Source: Alphaproteobacteria bacterium (GTDB lineage: Bacteria; Pseudomonadota; Alphaproteobacteria; JAPOUT01; G958296285). Taken from it: 64,000 nt of DNA. Below the pieces are notes generated by a model, which saw nothing but the letters and a program-made list of their open reading frames with translations, searched no databases and was not told the DNA's origin. This document shows positions 48,629 through 58,861 of the stretch, piece by piece; the first letter of the stretch is position 1; each line of letters begins with the position of its first letter. The stretch is from positions 27,167 through 91,166 of the forward strand of contig OZ243043.1 in NCBI GenBank assembly GCA_965212075.1, read 5' to 3'. Made by a program: the position numbers and the translations under genes.

Positions 48629-50719
48629 CTAAAACGCAGATTTCATTCCCAGATAAAAAGCGCGCGGCTGGCCGGGGAAATAGCGGTCATCGCCGAAAGC
48701 AAAATCGGCGCGATCGGCAAAGCGCTTATCGGCAATGTTGCGGATGTGAATGAATAATCTGACCTCGCGCCAAATAAGGGCTTCGCTGTAGAGGTTGAAA
48801 ACATAATGACCCGGATAGGTGTGTTCATTGGCGGGGTCGGTGTAATAGTCGCCGATATGAACGAGCTCAATGGCGGCGCGTCCGCGCTTATGGGTATAGG
48901 CCAGCTCGGTGTTGAGCAGAATGCGCGGCGCGCTGTCAATGTCGTCGCCTTTTTTGATCTCGCTCGGCTCATGCGCGAACGCATACCAATGCTGCGCATA
49001 GGTGAACGCCATTTGCCAAGCAAAGCCGAACCCCAGCGGGATATGAGTTTGCAGCTCAAGTCCGGCGTGGCGCGTCTTGCCATTGGCGAAAGTTTCAAAA
49101 TCGGCATCGCGGAAGCTGTGGCGGTTTTTGTTCATATAAAAGCCGACGAGCTCCCAAGATAGACCTTCCTGCCGTCCGCGCAGGCCGAGCTCAACGCTGT
49201 CTAATCTTTCAGCGCGGATGCGCGCGCCATTTTCTTGATTGACATGAAGGCGATAAAGATCGGTGGTTTGCGGCGCGCGGCTGCCTCTTGTGTAATTGGT
49301 GAAAACATAGGTTTGGTGGTTATAGATTTTGGGCAGACGATAATTGACGCCGATTTTCGGCGTGATCGTCAAGAAGTCATTATCTTGATCGGGCGGTCGA
49401 TAGAATCGGCCAAAGCTGCCATCTTCGGTCTGATTGTCATAATCATAGCGTGTCCATTCCAGCCTGATGCCGAGATGAAGGCTCGTGCGCTCATCTTGGA
49501 GCTGCAGGCTGTTTTGCGTGAACAGAGCCAATGTGAGCGCATCAACCTCATAATCATAATGAATCCCTTGGAGGAATCCACCTATATCGGCGGCCATCTG
49601 TTCTTCGCTTAATGCGCCATTGGTATATTCCAGTTCGCCGCCGAAAGCGAGGTTGAGATTTTGTTCAAACACCTGCCAATGCTGGTGCCAGATTGGCCGG
49701 ATGCCGAAACTCGCATGGTTATTTTTTTCAAGCGGTGCGCCGGGGAGAAAATGCTGGAGAAAATCCATATTTGTCCAGCGAAACCATGATGTAAGATCAA
49801 GTTTGTTATTCTGGTTTTGCTCCCACGCGAAATGAATTTGCCCGCGTACGGACTGCACTTTGCGATAAGCGTCGGGGTCGTCGTTATTCAAAATATCCGG
49901 TCGGCTTTGATAGACGGCGTTGAAGCCCGCAGTTTGCTGGTTAAGCCCCTGTGCCGAGAGCAAAGCTTTCATTTGCACTTTACCAAAATCATGATCATAA
50001 CGCATCTGCCCCTTAAAGTGCTGCACGCCGGAAGAATCACGCCAGCCTTGATCAAGCAGATAAGAAAATCCGAGTCGCAAAGCTGATTTTTCTGAAAACG
50101 GCGCATTTTGCGATGTGATGAGATGAGTCAAAAAGGGATTGACACCAAAGCGCACAGATAAATCGCCTTCATAGGTTTTTTCGGTGCTGCGGCTTTTGAC
50201 GTTGATCGTGCCATGCACGGCGTTGGCGCCATAAAGCGCCGAGCCGGGTCCGCGCACAATATCTATATTTCCGGCGAGTTCGGTGATGGCCTCAAACAGG
50301 CCGTTGACATTGGCAAAGCCGGGCGCGCGCAGTGAGACGCCGTCTTCAAGATAAAGGAAGGAGCCCGCACCCGCGCCGCCGGTCAGCACCGGCGAGCGGA
50401 TCGCGGTCAGATGTTCCTGTCCGCTGCCATGCTGGATGTTAAAGCCGGGCAGGCGATTGAGCAGTTCTGATGGATGAGTCGCCTGAAGCAGCGATATGTC
50501 ATATTGGTCAAGGCCTGCATTGTTTCCGGCCTGATCATCCTGTCCGCGGCCCAATCCGATGCCGGTGACGATAATTTCATCAATTTCTCTGCTCGCCGCA
50601 TTTGAAGGAGCAAAAAGAGCCGTGCCGAAAAACAGCGCAAACGCATAGATATGTCTTTGCGCACGCATGGCGATAAAATTTTTTATCATAAGATTCCCAA
50701 TTATAAGATGCCCAGTCAC
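48629..50719 (-). CDS. TonB-dependent outer membrane receptor
   Basis: TonB box DEIIVTG, plug IVRGPGSALYGANAVHGTIN, RNIADKRF, terminal Phe. Confidence 0.9.
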   Translation of the reverse strand: MTGHLIIGNLMIKNFIAMRAQRHIYAFALFFGTALFAPSNAASREIDEIIVTGIGLGRGQDDQAGNNAGLDQYDISLLQATHPSELLNRLPGFNIQHGSGQEHLTAIRSPVLTGGAGAGSFLYLEDGVSLRAPGFANVNGLFEAITELAGNIDIVRGPGSALYGANAVHGTINVKSRSTEKTYEGDLSVRFGVNPFLTHLITSQNAPFSEKSALRLGFSYLLDQGWRDSSGVQHFKGQMRYDHDFGKVQMKALLSAQGLNQQTAGFNAVYQSRPDILNNDDPDAYRKVQSVRGQIHFAWEQNQNNKLDLTSWFRWTNMDFLQHFLPGAPLEKNNHASFGIRPIWHQHWQVFEQNLNLAFGGELEYTNGALSEEQMAADIGGFLQGIHYDYEVDALTLALFTQNSLQLQDERTSLHLGIRLEWTRYDYDNQTEDGSFGRFYRPPDQDNDFLTITPKIGVNYRLPKIYNHQTYVFTNYTRGSRAPQTTDLYRLHVNQENGARIRAERLDSVELGLRGRQEGLSWELVGFYMNKNRHSFRDADFETFANGKTRHAGLELQTHIPLGFGFAWQMAFTYAQHWYAFAHEPSEIKKGDDIDSAPRILLNTELAYTHKRGRAAIELVHIGDYYTDPANEHTYPGHYVFNLYSEALIWREVRLFIHIRNIADKRFADRADFAFGDDRYFPGQPRAFYLGMKSAF

Positions 50720-51675
50720 AAAATTCCTTGCCGGAGGAAATCATGAATATGAATGACGCCGACAGGTTTGCCATCCTCCACAATAAATAAAGCGGTGATC
50801 TGTGATTTTTGCATCAGCTCAAGCGCGGTGGAGGCGAGCATATCTTTTGTAATGGTTTTAGGATCAGGGGTCATCACATTTTTGGTGTTTTTTGTCAGGA
50901 GATCATCGGTGATATGTCGCCGCAGATCGCCGTCGGTGATGATGCCGACGAGCTTGCCCTGTTCATCAACGACTCCGATGCAGCCCATCGCTTTGGCCGA
51001 GATGATGAGCAGTGCATCCGCCATGCTGGCGGTTTGCGCACAAAGCGGCATAGCGGCGCCGCTATGCATGAGGTCGTGCGCATGTTTGAGCTGCGCGCCC
51101 AGCGCGCCGCCCGGGTGCAGATCACGAAAGCGATTTTGATCAAAGCCGTTTTTTTCCAGCAAAGCCACGGCGAGCGCATCACCGGTGACGATTTGCAGCG
51201 TTGTTGATGTTGTCGGTGCGAGGCCGATTGGGCCGGCCTCTTCGGCGATCGGCAAAGTTATGGTGATGTCAGCGGCTTTGGCCAGCGCGGAGTTTGGCCG
51301 CGACGTTATGGCCACCAGCAAGATGGCGAAGCGGCGCGAATAGGTGATGAGCGGGCGCAGTTCGGTAGTTTCGCCCGACCATGACAGAGCGACGATGGCG
51401 TCATTTTGGGTGATCATGCCGAGGTCGCCGTGAGCAGCTTCGGTGGGGTGGACGAATTGCGCGGGCGTTCCGGTGGATGCCATTGTGGCGGCGATTTTGC
51501 GCGCGATGTGGCCGCTCTTGCCGACGCCTGCGACGATCACTCTGCCCGAGATTTTGCTCAGACGCATAACGGCCTGTTCAAAGTTTTTGTCAATGGTCTG
51601 CAGCAATTTTTGCAGGCCGTCAATTTCAAGTGCGATGGTCTGCCGCGCGCTGGATTTAATATCGTATTGAGACAT
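50716..51675 (-). CDS. kdsD: Arabinose-5-phosphate isomerase (KpsF/GutQ; SIS + CBS)
   Basis: GVGKSGHIARK, HPTEAAHGDLG, APTTST, HPGG, TDGDLRR. Confidence 0.92.
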   Translation of the reverse strand: MSQYDIKSSARQTIALEIDGLQKLLQTIDKNFEQAVMRLSKISGRVIVAGVGKSGHIARKIAATMASTGTPAQFVHPTEAAHGDLGMITQNDAIVALSWSGETTELRPLITYSRRFAILLVAITSRPNSALAKAADITITLPIAEEAGPIGLAPTTSTTLQIVTGDALAVALLEKNGFDQNRFRDLHPGGALGAQLKHAHDLMHSGAAMPLCAQTASMADALLIISAKAMGCIGVVDEQGKLVGIITDGDLRRHITDDLLTKNTKNVMTPDPKTITKDMLASTALELMQKSQITALFIVEDGKPVGVIHIHDFLRQGIL

Positions 51676-51682
51676 GATGGGC

Positions 51683-52492
51683 TTATGGCTGGAAAGTTTT
51701 TTGTGCCGCGATGAACGCAGCGCGTGTGCCGCAGTCAAAGCGCTGGCCATCATAAACGAATCCGTAAAGTTTTGTGGTTTTTATCTGCGCGGCGATGGCG
51801 TCGGTGATTTGGATTTCACCGCCCGCGCCCGCTTTGGTTTGCGCGATGGCCTCGAAGATTTCGGGCTGCAAGATATAGCGCCCGATCAAGGCTAGATTTG
51901 AAGGCGCTTGGTCAATAGGCGGTTTTTCAACCACACCGCGCGCCTGCACGACCGCGCCTTGGCGCCGGGCTGGGTCCATGATGCCATAGCGCGCGCAATC
52001 TTGGTGTGGCACTTCCTCAAGCGCGATCATATTGCCGCCGGTTTTTTGCCATGCCGCGATCATCTGCGTCAAAACGCCGGGCTGGGCGCGCAGCAGGTCA
52101 TCTGGCAATAGGACGGCAAAAGGCTCGCTGATATGATCGCTGGCACAGCCGATCGCATGGCCGAGGCCTAACATATCCTTCTGGCGCAGATAGACGGCAT
52201 TGTCCAGCGTGAGATCGCGCACGATGTTTAATTCTTCATGAGCTTTTAATGCGGTGAGCCTATCTTCCAATTCCGGCGCGGGAGAGAAATAGGCCCTTAA
52301 TCCCTGCAAATTATCGCCAGCGACAAAGATGAATCGGGTGATACCGGCCTCGCGCGCCTCATTGACGGCATGGTGAATGATCGGCAGGCCGCCGATCGGC
52401 AGCATTTCTTTTGACACCGTTTTGGTCATCGGCAAAAGCCGCCGTCCAAGGCCTGCCACCGGAAATAAAGCTGTTGATAAAGTTTTTGTCAT
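51683..52492 (-). CDS. galU: UTP-glucose-1-phosphate uridylyltransferase
   Basis: PVAGLG.RLLP.TK..KEMLP, LGLGHAI, VEKP, GEIQITDAI. Confidence 0.85.
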   Translation of the reverse strand: MTKTLSTALFPVAGLGRRLLPMTKTVSKEMLPIGGLPIIHHAVNEAREAGITRFIFVAGDNLQGLRAYFSPAPELEDRLTALKAHEELNIVRDLTLDNAVYLRQKDMLGLGHAIGCASDHISEPFAVLLPDDLLRAQPGVLTQMIAAWQKTGGNMIALEEVPHQDCARYGIMDPARRQGAVVQARGVVEKPPIDQAPSNLALIGRYILQPEIFEAIAQTKAGAGGEIQITDAIAAQIKTTKLYGFVYDGQRFDCGTRAAFIAAQKTFQP

Positions 52493-52621
52493 AATAGGCT
52501 ATATACAAAGAAAGGTTAATGAAGGGAAAATTAATCAAAAGATGGGCTAATCAAAGGCATCTTTGGAATCTTTAAGGTGTTTTTGATATTGTCATCTATC
52601 TCATATAAACTTTATAGCGCG

Positions 52622-54190
52622 ATGTGCAGATTTTTATATCGTTTAGCATTTTTACTGCTTTTGACGCAGGCGAACTTATTGCGCGCCGAGGAAGCCGCCG
52701 CGCCGTTTGATCGCGCAAAGACGCGCGCGTGGCTGGAGGAGTTTCGCAAAGAGGCAATCACGACAGGCGTTTCGGGCGATTTTTTTGATCGCGCCTTTGC
52801 GGCCTTTGCGCCTCTGCCGCAAGTGATTGCAGCGGCCAATTACCAGCCGGAATTGGTCAAATCGCCGGGTGATTATGTCAATCTTTTGGCTTCGGCGGTG
52901 CGCATTCGCAAAGGCCGCGAATTGTTGGCTCAACATATCGGACTTTTGGAGGCGCTTGAGCGCAGATATGGCGTTGACCGTTATATATTGCTGGCGATTT
53001 GGGGGATTGAAAGCAATTACGGAAAGAATACGGGCAAGTATAATGTCATTCGCGCGCTCGCGACTTTGGCGATAGAAGGCAGGCGCGCGCAATTTGCGCG
53101 CAAGCAATTGTTGGCGCTGCTGCCGATTTTGGAGCGGGAGAAATTGCCGATAGATGTGACCGGCTCATGGGCGGGCGCGATGGGGCAAGTGCAATTCATT
53201 CCGACCAGCTATGTTGATTACGCCGTTGATTATGATCGCGACGGCCAGCGCGACATTTGGGATAATGTTCCGGACAGTTTGGGATCGGCGGCGAATTATC
53301 TTAAAAGATTTGGCTGGGTGACGGGATTGTTTTGGGGCGTGGAAGTGCATCTGCCGAAAGGCTTTGACATGAGTGAATATGATAAAGATGCCCTGCGTCC
53401 GCTGAAAGAATGGCGTCAGGCGGGTTATGTTTTGGCAGGCGGCGAAGATGCCCGCGCCGCGATCTGGGATGAACATGAAGCGCGCCTGCTTCTGATGGAA
53501 AATACAGATGGTCCGGCTTTTCTCGTGACGAAAAATTTTAATGTTCTGCTAAAATATAATGGCGCGAACATCTACGCAACTGCGGTCGGCCATCTATCCG
53601 ACCGTCTGCGCGGCGGCGAAACTTTTGTCACTGCTTGGCATGAAGACAATAAAGGGAATAAAAAACAAAATAAAAAACAAGATGAAAAACAAATTACGGC
53701 ACAACCTCAAAAGCCGCCTCAAAAATCATTTCCGGATTTAACCCGCGACGAAATCAAAACGGCGCAGAAACTTTTAACCGCGCTGGGTTTTGACACAGGC
53801 GCTGCGGATGGCCTTTTTGGCAAAAAGACGCAAACTGCGCTGCAAAGCTGGCAGGAACAGGTTAACCTTGAAGCCAATGGCATATTGTCATTGCCAGTGC
53901 TTTATCAAATCAGCGCAGCGGCTTTGGCTTTGTCGTCTGACGAGATCAAGCTTCTGCAGCAGAGGCTTGCCGCGCTGGGCTTTGATCCGGGGGTCGCTGA
54001 CGGCCTGATCGGACGCAAAACCCGCTCAGCGCTGCGGAGCTGGCAGGAAAAAACCGGATTGCCGGTCAATGGCCACCCCGATCGTGATATTCTCGTCGCG
54101 CTGGGCACAGCGAGCATTCAGCAAGATGAAAATGAGAGCGAAATAGACAATATAGACAATAAGGCAGACAACAAAACGGACAATAAGTGA
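52622..54190 (+). CDS. MltB-family lytic murein transglycosylase with two PG-binding domains
   Basis: WGIESNYG, GSWAGAMGQVQFIP, two LGFD.G.ADG..G.KT..AL.SWQ repeats. Confidence 0.9.
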   Translation: MCRFLYRLAFLLLLTQANLLRAEEAAAPFDRAKTRAWLEEFRKEAITTGVSGDFFDRAFAAFAPLPQVIAAANYQPELVKSPGDYVNLLASAVRIRKGRELLAQHIGLLEALERRYGVDRYILLAIWGIESNYGKNTGKYNVIRALATLAIEGRRAQFARKQLLALLPILEREKLPIDVTGSWAGAMGQVQFIPTSYVDYAVDYDRDGQRDIWDNVPDSLGSAANYLKRFGWVTGLFWGVEVHLPKGFDMSEYDKDALRPLKEWRQAGYVLAGGEDARAAIWDEHEARLLLMENTDGPAFLVTKNFNVLLKYNGANIYATAVGHLSDRLRGGETFVTAWHEDNKGNKKQNKKQDEKQITAQPQKPPQKSFPDLTRDEIKTAQKLLTALGFDTGAADGLFGKKTQTALQSWQEQVNLEANGILSLPVLYQISAAALALSSDEIKLLQQRLAALGFDPGVADGLIGRKTRSALRSWQEKTGLPVNGHPDRDILVALGTASIQQDENESEIDNIDNKADNKTDNK

Positions 54191-54200
54191 GGGGGGCAGA

Positions 54201-55133
54201 ATGGGGCTGGCACAAAAAGAACTTGAAACGATCCGCGAAGGCTTTTTGCAGAGCGGCTACATTGCCACGCCGGAGATTGCGATGTCGGTTCATTTGGCGC
54301 AAGCGCTGAACAAGCCGCTTTTGATTGAAGGGCCGCCGGGCTCGGGCAAGACGGAGCTGGCACAAGCTGCCGCGCAGCATTTCACTAAGCCTTTGATTCG
54401 GCTGCAATGTTATGAAGGGCTGGACGAGGCCAAAGCGCTCTATGAATGGAAATATGCGAAGCAATTGCTTTACATTCAGCTTTTGCGCGAAAACCTCTCT
54501 CATGTGACCGAAGGCGCGAAAGATTTGCCGCAAGCGGCGGCGCGGATTCACGATTTGGAAGATGTGTTCTTTTCCGAAAATTTTTTAGAGCCGCGCCCGC
54601 TATTGCGCGCGCTGACGATAGAGAGCGGCTGCGTGCTGCTCATTGATGAAATTGACAAGGCCGATGAGGAGTTTGAAGCTTTTTTGCTGGAGCTGCTATC
54701 GGATTACCGCGTCTCAGTGCCGGAGCTGGGCGTGGTGGAAGCGAAGGTCAAGCCCTTCGTCGTGCTAACGAGCAACGGGGTGCGCGATCTAGGCGGCCCG
54801 CTGCGCCGCCGCTGTCTGCATTTATTTTTATCCTTTCCGGATGTGGAGCTGGAGAAAAAAATCATCGCGGCGCGGGTTCCTGAGGCATCGGAGGCGTTGC
54901 GGGCTCATCTTGTGCGTTTTGTGCAGGCTCTGCGCGAAGAGAGCATACGCAAGCCGCCCTCGATTGCCGAATCGGTGGATTGGGCGCGCGCGCTGGTTCT
55001 GCTGCAGGCCGACGAGCTGACGCCGGATTATGTCAAAGCGAGCTTGAACGTTCTGCTGAAGCTGGAGAGCGACATTGAGGTGATCGCTCCGAAGGTTGAA
55101 GTTTTGTTGAGCAAAGCCGAAGCGGTGGGATGA
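54201..55133 (+). CDS. MoxR-family AAA+ ATPase (CoxD-like)
   Basis: EGPPGSGKT, RLQCYEGLD, LLIDEIDK, LRRRC. Confidence 0.92.
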   Translation: MGLAQKELETIREGFLQSGYIATPEIAMSVHLAQALNKPLLIEGPPGSGKTELAQAAAQHFTKPLIRLQCYEGLDEAKALYEWKYAKQLLYIQLLRENLSHVTEGAKDLPQAAARIHDLEDVFFSENFLEPRPLLRALTIESGCVLLIDEIDKADEEFEAFLLELLSDYRVSVPELGVVEAKVKPFVVLTSNGVRDLGGPLRRRCLHLFLSFPDVELEKKIIAARVPEASEALRAHLVRFVQALREESIRKPPSIAESVDWARALVLLQADELTPDYVKASLNVLLKLESDIEVIAPKVEVLLSKAEAVG

Positions 55134-56383
55134 TTGCGCAATTGGTTTCGGCCTGTCGGGCGGCGGGGATCAGGGTTTCGACGGCGGAGACGCTCGATGC
55201 GATGCGCGCGGCGGCCGAGATCGGCCTTGCTGATCGCGCCTCGTTGAAGTCGGCGCTGGCGCAGACATTGGCGAAGACGGCGGGCGACAAAAAAACATTC
55301 AGCGATTGCTTTGACCGCTATATGCGCTTAAGCGGCGAGGATCAGCCGGAAGACGGCCTGTCGCCGGAGGCGCACATCGAGATCACCGCGCAGATGATGC
55401 AAGCGGCGTCGCAGATTGGCTTGGATCGGATACAGCTTTTCACGCAGCGCGGTCTTTATGTCCGCCGCTTGTTGGAGGCGGCGTCTGTGTCTGCTCCTGA
55501 ATCTGCTCCTGAATCTGTGTCGGCCCCGCAGGGCGAAGATGCGGCAAGGGGAGAGCGGCTTGCGGCGATGACGGCGCAAGCGCGTTATCTGGTGGATCGC
55601 CAGCTGGAGATCTCGCAAGGGGAGACGATGCTGCGCGTGCGCAGCGAGATGTTGATGGATATGGCGCTGGGCGAGACCGACCAGCGCGATCTGGAGATCA
55701 TGTCTTATCAGGTGCGGCGTCTTGCGAAGAAATTGGCGGCGCAGACCTCGCGGCGGCGCAAGCGCAAGCGGCGCGGCCATCTTGATGTTGCGCGCTCTTT
55801 GCGCGCGAGCTTAAAGAATGACGGCTTGATGATTGATTTGATTTGGAAAAACCGGAAGATCAACCGGCCTCGGATTTTTGCGCTCTGCGATGTATCGGGA
55901 TCGGTGTCGTCGGCGGTGCGTTTTTTGCTGATGTTTTTATATAATTTGACCGATGTCGTCGGGGATGTCCGCGCCTTTGCGTTTTCCAACCGGCTGGGGG
56001 AGGTGTCCGGCCTGTTCCGCGAGAGCGAGTTTAGCGATGCCTATCGCCAAACTTTGCGGCTTTATGGCGGCGGCTCGACTGATTACGGCCAGTCTCTGCG
56101 CGACTTCGCTGAGCAGGCTGGTTCGTCCATTGATCGCAAGACGGTGATCATCATTTTGGGCGATGCGCGCTCCAATTATGGCGATCCGGGCGCGGATGTT
56201 TTGGGTCGTCTGTCGTCTTATGCGGGTCGGGTGCTGTGGCTCAATCCGGAAAATGAGAGCCTGTGGGGTTCGGGAGATTCGGAGATGCCCCGCTTGAGCG
56301 CATCAGTGGATGCGGCTTATCCGTGCCAGACTTTGCGCCAGCTCGCGGCGATCATTGATGAGACGGTTAAGATGAGGATTTAG
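55130..56383 (+). CDS. VWA-domain protein (CoxE-like)
   Basis: MIDAS DVSGS, GGSTDYG, LGDARSN, WLNPE. Confidence 0.9.
   Translation: MIAQLVSACRAAGIRVSTAETLDAMRAAAEIGLADRASLKSALAQTLAKTAGDKKTFSDCFDRYMRLSGEDQPEDGLSPEAHIEITAQMMQAASQIGLDRIQLFTQRGLYVRRLLEAASVSAPESAPESVSAPQGEDAARGERLAAMTAQARYLVDRQLEISQGETMLRVRSEMLMDMALGETDQRDLEIMSYQVRRLAKKLAAQTSRRRKRKRRGHLDVARSLRASLKNDGLMIDLIWKNRKINRPRIFALCDVSGSVSSAVRFLLMFLYNLTDVVGDVRAFAFSNRLGEVSGLFRESEFSDAYRQTLRLYGGGSTDYGQSLRDFAEQAGSSIDRKTVIIILGDARSNYGDPGADVLGRLSSYAGRVLWLNPENESLWGSGDSEMPRLSASVDAAYPCQTLRQLAAIIDETVKMRI
56306..56382 (+). repeat. 77-bp direct repeat, left copy (3' end of the VWA gene)
   Basis: 76/77 identical to 62801-62877. Confidence 0.95.
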
Positions 56384-58503
56384 GAAGATATTTTGCTTAC
56401 GATTCGTTTGATCAAATCAGCCGATAAAACCCAAGCCAGCGCTGGAAGAAGTATGCCCGCAGGAACATGCCAAAGAACATAATTCAGAGAGTAGTGGGCA
56501 TTGTGATTTTTCATCACAATATACCAGCTCACCGAGGCAAGAAGACAAATAAATGCAAACAACGTTAAAGGTGCCGTCTTGTGCCAATCGCGAAAGCGCC
56601 AACCCTGCCCGCCTATAAAAAAACCAGCCACAATCATCAAAATCAAAGGCGTAAAAATATTTGCTGCATTCAACTTGATAAGATTAAAAATGTTTACCAC
56701 GGTGCCATAGTTCCAATAGGCGTCAAAAATCAACGAGTAGGAGGGGAAGTGGTGGCCTTCTCCCGATTGAAAGCTTCTTATCCATGCCCTTCCTAGAATA
56801 AGCTGTCCTGCTTGAGAAAAACTGCTATAATACATTCCAAGAAGAAATAGATGAACCGTAAGCGTCATCACAAAACCCATCACGCCGCTTACAATGAGCA
56901 GCCCTCCATGCTTGAAAAGGCGCAGCCGATCAAAACCTTCGCCAAAGCCTTTCTTTGTGCAGCCATATACAACAACCGCACCCGCAGCGATCAAAATGTT
57001 GGTCATATATTCATAAGCCCTAAGTGAACTCAAAAATACAAGTGCTGCAAAACCTAACGAAAAAATAATCCAATCCCGGCCTTGGGGTGGTGGACGTGAA
57101 ACATAATAGCGCCAGCACCATAACATCGGCAGAAACCACAAAAAAGGCATCCAATAAAGGTTGCGTGCAAAAATCGTCAACCAAGGCGAAGTCAGTGTAA
57201 ACGCAAATGCCAGCGCGGCCGCGACCGTGCCAAACTCAACAGCTATCAGCAGCACCAGCGCCGCAAGCGCCAACGCTAAGGCCAACGCCGTCGCACGATG
57301 CATATATTTAAGACGCTCTTTGGCATCAACCCCGATCAATTTCAAACCTTGATCCATCGCACCATAGAACCATGCTTGAAAACTTACATTAGAATGCCTC
57401 ACCTTCTGCCTAATATAAGAAGAATAAAATTTAGGCGGCCTGATGTCTGATAAATAATCTTTATAAACAGAAGAATGTTGCTTCCCCTTGCGAGCAGAAG
57501 GAAGCCCACCATTATATAAAAAGCCATACATATCAGTTTCTATTAGCCGAAGCAGAATAAGCGATTCAGACTTTGGATCATGCTTCCCGAAGGATTGTTT
57601 ACCGCGATCATCCGGGCCAGACGGTACGTGCCGCCCAACATCGAAAGCATCTTTATAAAAAGACGCAAACAAAATAATGCTCATCACAATGAACCAGAAT
57701 GCATGGCGTCTTCTTCTGCTGTTGGGATTATAAAAGCCAAGACAGGCATAAAACAGCGTTTTGAGAAGATCAGCATTGCCACGAATGTTTGAAATTTTCG
57801 TCGGCATGGAACCTGTCGCCGGATAAGTCCTGATTGTCGGTAATTCAAGACAGCGAAACCCTAGCCGCGGCGTGCGATAAGACAAATAGGCCAAAAGCTC
57901 ATAAGCCCCAAACACACAACGAAATGGCGCCACCCGCTGATCTCGCAGCAGCCGCGCGCTATAAGCCCTGAAACCTTGCGTCGTGTCTGTCCAGCGAAAT
58001 AAAGAGAACAGGCTCAATAAAGGCGCATGCAGCCAGCGCACGGCATATTCGCGCCAGCGCGGCGTGTTGATACCCTGGCCTCCTGCAATAAACCGCGAGC
58101 CTTGCACAAAATCCACGCCTCCTTGTAGCGCATGGATAAAGCGCGGTATGGCCTCTGGATCATCTTTATTATTGCCATCAATCGTGATGATGCCCTCATA
58201 GCCTTGATCAAGCGCAAAGGCATAAGCAACACGCAATTGTGCGCTCAAGCCACCCGCCCCCGTTTTGATAAGCAGACCGCGTATATTTCTTGCTTCAAGG
58301 GCGTGCGCATCCAAAGAGCCATCATCGCTGCCGCCATCAACAATGATGATGTCAGCTCGTGCGGCAATATCAAGCGCGGCCATGCGATCTAAAAGATCGC
58401 TGATCCGCTTGCCCTCGTTGAGGACCGGTATCACAACACAAAAAGAATGCTGCCGACCACGCCAATAAGCAGTATTAAAATCCGGAACTTGCCGAGACAT
58501 CAT
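56380..58503 (-). CDS. GT2 (DPM/GtrB-like) glycosyltransferase fused to a multi-TM GT-C-like domain
   Basis: VIPVLNEG, VDGGSDDGS, VQGSRF, DTTQGFRAY, then about 10 hydrophobic segments. Confidence 0.75.
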   Translation of the reverse strand: MMSRQVPDFNTAYWRGRQHSFCVVIPVLNEGKRISDLLDRMAALDIAARADIIIVDGGSDDGSLDAHALEARNIRGLLIKTGAGGLSAQLRVAYAFALDQGYEGIITIDGNNKDDPEAIPRFIHALQGGVDFVQGSRFIAGGQGINTPRWREYAVRWLHAPLLSLFSLFRWTDTTQGFRAYSARLLRDQRVAPFRCVFGAYELLAYLSYRTPRLGFRCLELPTIRTYPATGSMPTKISNIRGNADLLKTLFYACLGFYNPNSRRRRHAFWFIVMSIILFASFYKDAFDVGRHVPSGPDDRGKQSFGKHDPKSESLILLRLIETDMYGFLYNGGLPSARKGKQHSSVYKDYLSDIRPPKFYSSYIRQKVRHSNVSFQAWFYGAMDQGLKLIGVDAKERLKYMHRATALALALALAALVLLIAVEFGTVAAALAFAFTLTSPWLTIFARNLYWMPFLWFLPMLWCWRYYVSRPPPQGRDWIIFSLGFAALVFLSSLRAYEYMTNILIAAGAVVVYGCTKKGFGEGFDRLRLFKHGGLLIVSGVMGFVMTLTVHLFLLGMYYSSFSQAGQLILGRAWIRSFQSGEGHHFPSYSLIFDAYWNYGTVVNIFNLIKLNAANIFTPLILMIVAGFFIGGQGWRFRDWHKTAPLTLFAFICLLASVSWYIVMKNHNAHYSLNYVLWHVPAGILLPALAWVLSADLIKRIVSKISS

Positions 58504-58504
58504 T

Positions 58505-58861
58505 CTAACCCCCTTTGATGGTGAGCAATATAACACCGCAGAAGATCATTACAATACCCAAAATTGTCGTCCAGTAAAATGTCTCCCGAAACATAAGGCC
58601 CGACAGCAACGCCACAAAAACAATCGCCCCTGACGTCAGAATGGGATGGACGATATTCAATGGCAATCGGGCGAGGGCTCCGGCATAAAACAAAAAAGTT
58701 GCGCCATAAAAAACCAGACCCAGCCAAAGAGGCCAGTTCAATAAAGCCGCGAAAGGATCACCAAAAGATGGGAATTTGCGCGGTGGTGTAATCGCCAGCT
58801 TGATGAGTCCACTCGCAGCAACATTGGTGGCAATCCCTGAAACTAAAATGAGCCACTTCAT
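58505..58861 (-). CDS. SMR/EamA-like small membrane protein (ArnE/F-like flippase)
   Basis: 118 aa, four TM helices, LPLNIVHP, FRETF. Confidence 0.75.
   Translation of the reverse strand: MKWLILVSGIATNVAASGLIKLAITPPRKFPSFGDPFAALLNWPLWLGLVFYGATFLFYAGALARLPLNIVHPILTSGAIVFVALLSGLMFRETFYWTTILGIVMIFCGVILLTIKGG

Noticed and set aside
54201-56383. Carbon monoxide dehydrogenase cluster
   Set aside because: Only the CoxD/CoxE-like chaperone pair is present; no coxMSL in the window.
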